Assembly: GCA_046757165.1 (NCBI GenBank)
Contig: JBHHXT010000010.1
Coordinates: forward strand, 1 to 54,237
Source: a bacterium
Lineage (GTDB): Bacteria; Zhuqueibacterota; Zhuqueibacteria; Oceanimicrobiales; Oceanimicrobiaceae
DNA: 54,237 nt
Direction: 5' to 3'
Notes under the pieces: generated by a model
What the model was told of the DNA's origin: nothing
Seen by the model: the letters and a program-made list of their open reading frames with translations, nothing else
The model's database searches: none
Shown here: positions 47,727 to 54,237 of the stretch, piece by piece
Numbering within the stretch: position 1 is the first letter of the stretch
Layout of the letters: each line of letters opens with the position of its first letter
Translations under genes and position numbers: made by a program

Positions 47727-47894
47727 GGGGCTGTCTAAAAAGACCAGAAATGTCATTCCGACCGAAGGGAGGAATCTGACAAGACACAAATCGTAGGTCT
47801 CACGAAAACAACTACTTACATTGAATTCCGTGCACGAACAGATTTATTGCTTCGCTCGAAATGACAGGCATGAGGAACCTTTTGGGACAGCCCC
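47727..47894. mobile_element. Non-autonomous MITE-like element with a nested palindrome
   Basis: Terminal inverted repeats GGGGCTGTCTAAAAAG and CTTTTGGGACAGCCCC (14/16). Internal TGTCATTCCGACCGAAG...CTTCGCTCGAAATGACA inverted pair. No ORF. Confidence 0.7.
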
Positions 47895-48051
47895 ATTCCC
47901 CCGAGTTGTGCGTAAAACACGGGTGTAGACCGTGTTGGATCAGGCTTGAATCAACTGTCTCCTCCAAATAGGACATTTAGTTCTTTCACGCACTAAGCTC
48001 TTGAATTTGGTTGTTATTATCTTATCTTAGTAACGAGGAGGGAATGTTCGG

Positions 48052-48255
48052 ATGACGAATCGGAGATTTGAAGATAGAAGAAGAGAATTGGGAAGAATGT
48101 TACTGGACGTTGCGAAGTACCTTGCAACTGTTGGATTGATCGGTGGCATTCTGACAGGAGGTTTATCATTCATTTCCGCGCTGGTCATTACCTTAACCGT
48201 GCTGTTCATTATTGTCGTAGCTTTTTTTATTATTCCACCTAAGACCGGGGTTTGA
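48052..48255 (+). CDS. Small two-TM membrane protein, DUF6722-like
   Basis: GAGGAGG RBS. ELGRMLLDVAKYL N-terminal motif and two hydrophobic helices. Visibly AT-richer than the flanking genes. Confidence 0.7.
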   Translation: MTNRRFEDRRRELGRMLLDVAKYLATVGLIGGILTGGLSFISALVITLTVLFIIVVAFFIIPPKTGV

Positions 48256-48257
48256 AA

Positions 48258-48371
48258 ATGGAGAGTTATTATATTATCCTCATCGGCCTTGTACTAGTCG
48301 CATTGTTTGGCCTGATTATCTCAATAAGAGAAGACCGCCAACGGGATTCTTCCTCGCGTAGCAACAAGTAG
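48258..48371 (+). CDS. 37-aa single-TM micropeptide (below the ORF-track cutoff)
   Basis: MESYYIILIGLVLVALFGLIISIREDRQRDSSSRSNK*. Starts 2 bp after the upstream stop codon. Confidence 0.55.
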   Translation: MESYYIILIGLVLVALFGLIISIREDRQRDSSSRSNK

Positions 48372-48429
48372 GTAACGAACATTTGAGGCAAATAGCATCA
48401 GCTTTGATCCCAACGTTGGCCTCACGTGC

Positions 48430-49119
48430 TCACGGCAACATCGCAATATACCTCGCCTTGACCCCATAGCGCATCGCGCGAAACCGCCGCATCTCCTCTA
48501 ACCGGCTCTCCGCCTCCATCCCATCCAGGAAGCGGGTATACTTTTCTCCCAACCGGTTTGTTTCTTCATAGCGCACGCGCAAAGTGCGGTTGTCGTACTC
48601 GAAATTCGGGCGTTCAAACAGGTGATGTTTGATCCACAAGCGGTCAAAGTTTTCGAGCTTGTTCGAGGGATTGAAATAGGCCAGAAAGAATTTCAGCATC
48701 TGGTAGGAATCGATTTTTGCAAGCAGCTCGAGATCGCGGATGAACTCCTCGGTATTCACGGCCCTGTCGCCGCTGACGAACTTAAGGGCCGCGTGCACGC
48801 AGTGGTTGATTTCCTCGATGAACACCAGGAAGGGATAAATATTCTTCTCATGCAGCCCTTTGCGCGGATCGTGCGTTTCCAGAAGCGAGATCAACTGCTC
48901 GGAAAAATAGACGGCCAAATAGAGTCCTTCTCCGGCCTTGCGATAGAACACGCGCGCGATTTCGGAGAGCTCGGCCGCTGCGGGCGCACACAGCGAGCTC
49001 AAATCGAAGAACCGCTGCTTGCCAATGATGAAGTTCTCGAGATTGATTCCGCTGGCCTTCTGGTAGGTCCGTTCCGTTATCTCTTGTAGCTCTCGCAGCA
49101 GGGACATGACGCGGCTCAA
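48430..49119 (-). CDS. Uncharacterised protein, possible zincin-like fold
   Basis: Four-base overlap with the upstream gene. FIEEINHCVH...DLELLAKID motif. Confidence 0.75.
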   Translation of the reverse strand: MSRVMSLLRELQEITERTYQKASGINLENFIIGKQRFFDLSSLCAPAAAELSEIARVFYRKAGEGLYLAVYFSEQLISLLETHDPRKGLHEKNIYPFLVFIEEINHCVHAALKFVSGDRAVNTEEFIRDLELLAKIDSYQMLKFFLAYFNPSNKLENFDRLWIKHHLFERPNFEYDNRTLRVRYEETNRLGEKYTRFLDGMEAESRLEEMRRFRAMRYGVKARYIAMLP

Positions 49120-49865
49120 TTATCCAACTGCTTTGGGTCAGGACCACCGAAGAAAATCTGGCGCAGCATCTTGTCCAGGCCGGGTTTGCGGCTGTCCAGA
49201 TGGACGTAATTGTCTGCCAACTGGTTGAGCGCGAGCCGCACTGTGCGGAAGCGTTCCGCGAGCGTTGCCAGAATCTCGCCCAGGCTGTACATCGACGCGA
49301 TTTCATGTTGTGACGCCAGGTGGTAGCTGCTCTTCCCCATCTGTTCATAGTATTCAAACCCCGGTGCTTTTCTGCCGTAGGTCGATTTGTGGTAGATGTA
49401 GTCCGGAAAGAAGCCGGTCATGAACAAGGCGTAGTTGCCTAAATGACTGCGAATCAGGAAAGCCTCGAATGAAGAGGCCTGTGCAGCATCTTGCACCATA
49501 TCGACGAGATACTGGTAATTCTGGTTGTGTGCCGGGCTGATGTTGTGCGCCCGCTGCGCACTCGAGAACTTCGCCAACATGCAGGCGACATAATCGGCGA
49601 TGTCCCGGTCATCGATCTTGTTGTCGCGAAAGACCTTGCGGGTCAACACGTAGAAATAGAGAAAGGGTGATATTCGTGCGAGCTTTCTGTCCTTCATGAT
49701 CTGCTGCAGGAGCATATCGTTGTCCAGAAGCAGGTCCAGGGAGTGTGCGTCGGTCAACAGGTCGGTGAGTAGAGCCTGCTGGCTCTTTTGATTCTTAGCA
49801 AGGGCACTTGCGATGAAGTCGAAGTCTTCTTTCGTAAACCGCTTGCGGCAGTTTGCTCTGATCAC
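49116..49865 (-). CDS. Uncharacterised helical protein
   Basis: AAGGTGG RBS. ISPFLYFYVL, IADYVACML, HLGNYALFMTGFFPD and YYEQMGKSSY motifs, which I recall from a hypothetical family found in several phyla. Confidence 0.8.
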   Translation of the reverse strand: MIRANCRKRFTKEDFDFIASALAKNQKSQQALLTDLLTDAHSLDLLLDNDMLLQQIMKDRKLARISPFLYFYVLTRKVFRDNKIDDRDIADYVACMLAKFSSAQRAHNISPAHNQNYQYLVDMVQDAAQASSFEAFLIRSHLGNYALFMTGFFPDYIYHKSTYGRKAPGFEYYEQMGKSSYHLASQHEIASMYSLGEILATLAERFRTVRLALNQLADNYVHLDSRKPGLDKMLRQIFFGGPDPKQLDN

Positions 49866-50069
49866 TGTTGATCACCACCTTGGAGAATTTGAGTACAAGT
49901 TTGTCCCTTTTCCATATTAAACGCAATTCTGCCGGTTTTCACACCAATTTTCTTGCCGCTGTTACCATAAATATCGACGGAGTGCATGTTAAGCTTTCTT
50001 AATAAGTAGCCTCGGTTGGCTGTAAGTGCTGAAAATTAAATCAATTAACACAGATCCTGCAAAACAGGC

Positions 50070-50098
50070 TTGCATTTTCTGAGGCATATCCATATATT
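50070..50098 (+). promoter_or_regulatory. Sigma70 promoter, probably giving a leaderless transcript
   Basis: TTGCAT (50070-50075), 17 bp, TATATT (50093-50098). ATG at 50108 has no RBS. Confidence 0.55.
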
Positions 50099-50107
50099 GC
50101 CGCAGCC

Positions 50108-51574
50108 ATGAACATGCTCAGCAGCTTTAAACGCCTCACCAAACATTCTGCCGTTTACGGCGTTGGCCACATCATAGCGCGTCTGGTTAATTTCCTCCTT
50201 TTGCCGCTCTACACAAATCGACTTTCAGCGAAGGAATTTGGTGCTGCGGGCGTGCTCTATGCCTTCCTGGCGGTGATGACCATCATCTACACCATCGGAA
50301 TCGACGCGGCGTTTTTGCGATATTTCATTCTGAGCGATGATGCCGGAAAACGCCGGCAGGTCTTTAGTACGGCCTTCTGGTGTGTGCTCTTGACCGCAAC
50401 GACTTTTACCAGCCTGATTTACGCGTATGCGAACGGGATTTCGGGTCTGCTCATCTCGGAAGGCAACCACGCACATCTGCTTCGATTGTCAGCTTTGATT
50501 CTTTTCTTTGATGCCCTGGCGTTTTTGCCGTTCTTGTTTTTGCGTGCGGAGGAGAAATCTGTTTTCTATACCAGTCTGAAATTCGTGAATGTCGTGATCA
50601 ATGTTGCTTTGAACATCTATTTCATCGTTTATTTGAAGCAAGGCGTACAGGGCATGTTCTTAGCGAACGTGTGGTCCTCCGGGTGCACCTTCGGGTTGCT
50701 TTCGCTCATCCTGGTCAGACACATATCATTCCGGTTTAGCATTGTGGATCTCAGGGCTTTGCTGCGCTTCGGTCTGCCCTTTTTGCCATCGACGCTTTCG
50801 GTGGTGATTTTGGACTTGATCGACCGGCCACTACTGGAAAGACTGGCCGGCCTGGAGGCAACCGGCATTTATAATGCCGGGGCAAAACTGGGGATGTTCA
50901 TGGCGCTTATGGTCACGGCCTTCCGGTTTGCGTGGCACCCGTTTTTCCTGTCGACCTCGAAGCAGGAAAATGCCAAAGAAATATTTGCAAAAGTCTTGAC
51001 CTATTTCACCACCATCAATGCGGCCGTTTTCTTGACACTCGTTTTTTTTCTTGACCAGATTGTGCGGTTCAAATTCTTCGGCATGCCCTTGATCGGGGCG
51101 GATTTCCTGGACGGCCTGCGTGTGGTGCCCCTCATCTTGCTTTCTTATGTTTTTTATGGCATGTATGTCAATTTCATCGTTGGCATCTATCTCGAAGAGA
51201 AGACGCACTATTTGCCCCTGATCACTTTTGCTGGCGCGGCCGTGAACATTGCCACCAACATTATTTTGATTCCCAGGATCGGAATGATGGGCGCCGGCTG
51301 GGCCAGGCTGAGTGGGCATCTGGTCATGTGTGTGATGCTGTACCTCTTTGCTCAGAGATTTTACACCATCCGCTACGAATTTGATCGCTTGTTGAAACTT
51401 GCCGTGGTTGTGGGCGTGGCGTTTTATGTCGGCACAACTTTTCAGGGCGCCTGGCAGGGTTTGGTGAAGCTTTCCTTGCTGGCGCTCCTGCCGGTGGTGC
51501 TGTACCTTAGCGGTTTTTTTGATCGGCGCGAATTGAACGCACTGAAATCACTTCTGAACTTGAAAAGCAGTTGA
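50108..51574 (+). CDS. Oligosaccharide flippase (Wzx/MOP family)
   Basis: Many TM helices. FLLLPLYT..LS..EFG, LRFGLP, IDR..L, GIYNAG, LIPRIGMMGA. Confidence 0.9.
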   Translation: MNMLSSFKRLTKHSAVYGVGHIIARLVNFLLLPLYTNRLSAKEFGAAGVLYAFLAVMTIIYTIGIDAAFLRYFILSDDAGKRRQVFSTAFWCVLLTATTFTSLIYAYANGISGLLISEGNHAHLLRLSALILFFDALAFLPFLFLRAEEKSVFYTSLKFVNVVINVALNIYFIVYLKQGVQGMFLANVWSSGCTFGLLSLILVRHISFRFSIVDLRALLRFGLPFLPSTLSVVILDLIDRPLLERLAGLEATGIYNAGAKLGMFMALMVTAFRFAWHPFFLSTSKQENAKEIFAKVLTYFTTINAAVFLTLVFFLDQIVRFKFFGMPLIGADFLDGLRVVPLILLSYVFYGMYVNFIVGIYLEEKTHYLPLITFAGAAVNIATNIILIPRIGMMGAGWARLSGHLVMCVMLYLFAQRFYTIRYEFDRLLKLAVVVGVAFYVGTTFQGAWQGLVKLSLLALLPVVLYLSGFFDRRELNALKSLLNLKSS

Positions 51575-53323
51575 ATGGTGCAACGGAATTCGAGACCACA
51601 GGGAGGGCTCCTTCTCCTTATTTTGCTCGCCGCCTTTGTACTGCGTTTCATGGGCACCTGGTATGGTCTGCCGTCGCTTTACAACTCGGATGAGCCATTC
51701 AATGTCGTCAATGCTCTGGCCTATGGCGCAAGACAAAGCCTGGAGCCGACATACTTTGTGTACCCGGCGTTCTATTCATACATCCTGCTGGCGGTCTACG
51801 GTCTGTTTTTCATCGTGGGGAGAATAAGCGGCGTCTTTGCAAGCGCGCTCGATTTTGGCGCGGCCTATTTCATCGATCCGACCGGACTCTTCTGGGTCGG
51901 CCGGCTCTTGAGCGTCGTCCTGGGAGTGGGCGCGGTCTGGTGCGTCTTCAAAACCGGTGAGCGGTTCTTCTCGCGCAGGACCGGCTTGCTTGCGGCCGGC
52001 GCTTTGACCTTCAGCTTTGCGCACGCCGACGTCTGCCACTGGATCTTGCCGGAAGCCGCCGTGACCTTGATGTGCGCGCTGGCGCTCCATCTCATTCTGC
52101 GATTTGCACAGGCTCCTTCGACGCGGGCCAATTTGCTGGCCGGTCTGGTTTGTGGATTGGCGATTTCCACCAAATACAATGCCGGCTTTATAGCCCTGCC
52201 GTTTCTGCTTGCCGGGTTTCAGCCTTACGCGCGTGAGCGGGTGCAGCTCGTCAAACACCTTGCCCTCGGCCTGCTCAGTCTTCTCGCCGGATTCCTGCTC
52301 GGCTCGCCCTACTGGCTGCTGTCATTTTCTTCCTACTGGCAGGATTTGCAGTACTCGTTTTCACACGTCGGCGCCGGGATGGTCGGGCATATTCGTAGCG
52401 TACCGCTGGTGTGGCCGTTGTTCGAGCTGGTTGCCAGCGATTGGGGCGTGGGACTGTTGTTTGTGGCCGGCTTCTTTTTTGTCTTCTTTCAAAGACAAAA
52501 GCAGGAGATGGTGCTCCTTTCGTTTGTGCTACCGACGCTGCTGTTTGTGGGTCTGTGGAGCCGCTCTGGTGTGCACTATTTGGCCCCCCTGTTTCCGGCG
52601 CTGGCTCTTCTCGCCGCTGTTTTCATCGAGCAAATTCTGCGTCGGATACCGAATCGGGCGGTCCAGGCGACCCTGTTGCTGAGCCTGTTTTTGCCGCCGG
52701 GCGTGAAAATCGCGGTGCAGGATATTCGGCTCGCGCAGACAGACACGCGCACGCTGGCCAAGGAGTGGATTGAGTCGAACCTTGCGCTCGAGAGCATGAT
52801 CGCCTATGAAAACTACGTCTACGGCCCGAATCTTTATGATCCGGCCAGGTTCATCACCCACAGCGCGGAGAGCCAGTTGTTGCCGCTCGCCCTCAAAGAG
52901 CGACTCCTGGAGGAAAGCTTGCGACGAAAGACCTTTCGGCTGGTCAATTTGCGCAAGCATCTTAAGTTAAAGGTGCTGGCCGAAGCGGACTCAACCGTCA
53001 GCTCCAGGGAGAATGCCTACGTGCGCCAACTGCTCGAGACGCGGTTGCCGAGGCTTTCTGCGCTCAAACGGGCGGGGGTGCCATACATCGTGGCCTCCAG
53101 TGACAATTACGACCGCTATTTCAAGAGCAGGCCGCCGGAAAAAGGGACAGCGCTGTGGCTGAGTTACAAGAATGGGCGCCGGTTCTACGACAGCCTGTTC
53201 AAGAGCAAAGAGGTGCAGTTGCTCAAAGAGTTCAGACCGACATTCTGGCGCCCGGGCCCGACGATTCGTATCTATCAATTCAAATCGTATGTGGATGACA
53301 ACGGTAGCCAAAAACACGGGTAG
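51575..53323 (+). CDS. GT-C glycosyltransferase, family 39/ArnT-like (lipid-carrier dependent)
   Basis: First periplasmic loop YNSDEP, YPAFYSY, GLAISTKYNA, polytopic membrane region and periplasmic C-terminal domain. Confidence 0.85.
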   Translation: MVQRNSRPQGGLLLLILLAAFVLRFMGTWYGLPSLYNSDEPFNVVNALAYGARQSLEPTYFVYPAFYSYILLAVYGLFFIVGRISGVFASALDFGAAYFIDPTGLFWVGRLLSVVLGVGAVWCVFKTGERFFSRRTGLLAAGALTFSFAHADVCHWILPEAAVTLMCALALHLILRFAQAPSTRANLLAGLVCGLAISTKYNAGFIALPFLLAGFQPYARERVQLVKHLALGLLSLLAGFLLGSPYWLLSFSSYWQDLQYSFSHVGAGMVGHIRSVPLVWPLFELVASDWGVGLLFVAGFFFVFFQRQKQEMVLLSFVLPTLLFVGLWSRSGVHYLAPLFPALALLAAVFIEQILRRIPNRAVQATLLLSLFLPPGVKIAVQDIRLAQTDTRTLAKEWIESNLALESMIAYENYVYGPNLYDPARFITHSAESQLLPLALKERLLEESLRRKTFRLVNLRKHLKLKVLAEADSTVSSRENAYVRQLLETRLPRLSALKRAGVPYIVASSDNYDRYFKSRPPEKGTALWLSYKNGRRFYDSLFKSKEVQLLKEFRPTFWRPGPTIRIYQFKSYVDDNGSQKHG

Positions 53324-54209
53324 AGAATCCGCCACGTACAAGCTGCCTCTGGCGTATCCCTTTCGGTGGGAAGGCCTGGAGGCGTTCACCTACCCCGTGG
53401 ATCAAACAGGCGTTCCTCTGGTTGCCATGGGGCCAGAGGTTGGGTTGCGCTACAACCCGGTGACCATCGCACAGTTTGGGTTGTTCAATTTGCAGCAGTT
53501 TTCGAGCACAGCGGAAAGCCGGTTTCTTGCCTGCGCGCGGTTGTGTGTAAGCTGGTTACTGGATAACTTCAGGCCCTGGCGCGATGGCATTGGCGCCTGG
53601 GTGTATGACTTTGACCTCGACTTTTATGGCCCGAAAGCGCCCTGGATTTCAGGCATGGCACAGGGGCAAGGCATTTCGCTCTTGTTGAGATTCTGTCAGA
53701 TTGAACAGGTCGACAACATCAGAGAGATAACGCGGCAGGCGTTTCAGGCATTTTTGCATCCGGTCACACAAGGCGGCGTCGCGGCCGCCTTCCAGGACGG
53801 CTCACTGGTTTTCGAGGAATTCACAACGCAGGTGCCCTCCAGGGTTTTGAACGGACACCTGTTTGCGCTGCTGGGCATTCACGACTATGCTTGCTTCTGG
53901 CAGGAGAAGGCGGCGAAGGAGTTGTTCGAGGTTGCGAGCTCCGGTCTGGCGAACAATCTTAGCCGGTATGACACCGGGTACTGGAATCTGTACGATTTGC
54001 ATCCCACGCGCAGATTGGCCTCACCCATGTACCTGAAAGTGCACGTGCAGCTCCTGACCATCCTGGCCGAGCTGACCGGTCAGAGCGCTTTTTCGGAAAC
54101 TGCCGAAAAGTGGCGGGGCTATGGACGCAACCCGTTTTGCCGGGCCAGGTGGCTCTTCGCAAAAATGGTGGAAAAGATGCGGTTGCTCGTTCCGCACGCG
54201 GCGAATTGA
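53295..54209 (+). CDS. D-glucuronyl C5-epimerase family protein
   Basis: YNPVTIAQFGL, WISGMAQGQGISLL, FEEF...VLNGHLFALLGIHD, YDTGYWNLYDL, YLKVHVQLL. Start is uncertain (53289 or 53295). Confidence 0.9.
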   Translation: MTTVAKNTGRESATYKLPLAYPFRWEGLEAFTYPVDQTGVPLVAMGPEVGLRYNPVTIAQFGLFNLQQFSSTAESRFLACARLCVSWLLDNFRPWRDGIGAWVYDFDLDFYGPKAPWISGMAQGQGISLLLRFCQIEQVDNIREITRQAFQAFLHPVTQGGVAAAFQDGSLVFEEFTTQVPSRVLNGHLFALLGIHDYACFWQEKAAKELFEVASSGLANNLSRYDTGYWNLYDLHPTRRLASPMYLKVHVQLLTILAELTGQSAFSETAEKWRGYGRNPFCRARWLFAKMVEKMRLLVPHAAN

Positions 54210-54237
54210 TTTAGCCGCGGATTGAGACGAATTTTTG

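Overview
A 54-kb chromosomal segment from a Gram-negative bacterium. Gene content (PorV/PorQ barrel, T9SS-type C-terminal domains, SusC/SusD, GWxTD, DUF5916) suggests an FCB-group lineage such as candidate division KSB1 or Calditrichota; this is inference, as no marker gene is present. Blocks, in order: (1) 125-3550, an ExbB/ExbD/ExbD motor plus a TonB-C protein and a small CglF-like secreted protein, arranged like the myxobacterial Agl-Glt core; (2) 3866-22187, a 13-gene minus-strand carbohydrate/amino-sugar utilisation locus with an AgaR-like repressor and operator, SIS protein, two amidohydrolases, YjbQ, TonB-dependent receptor, CTD-bearing secreted protein, PorV-like barrel, GltS-type symporter, M20 peptidase, GH36 and a phosphohexomutase; (3) deoxynucleoside kinase, ECF sigma/anti-sigma/DUF4097, MBL hydrolase, DUF5916, a lone glgA and DUF4136; (4) a decayed region, then a beta/gamma-crystallin-domain protein; (5) yigZ-queE-HDAC-CYTH; (6) susC/susD with a sigma54-type promoter, a Tat-signal flavoprotein oxidase, GWxTD and DUF5658-like proteins; (7) a low-GC pair of small membrane proteins and an uncharacterised gene pair; (8) flippase, GT39 and D-glucuronyl C5-epimerase. 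Intergenic spaces hold several short palindromic or inverted repeat families and one orphan two-repeat CRISPR-like unit. No rRNA, tRNA, cas gene, transposase or integrase was recognised. All family assignments come from reading motifs, not from database searches.
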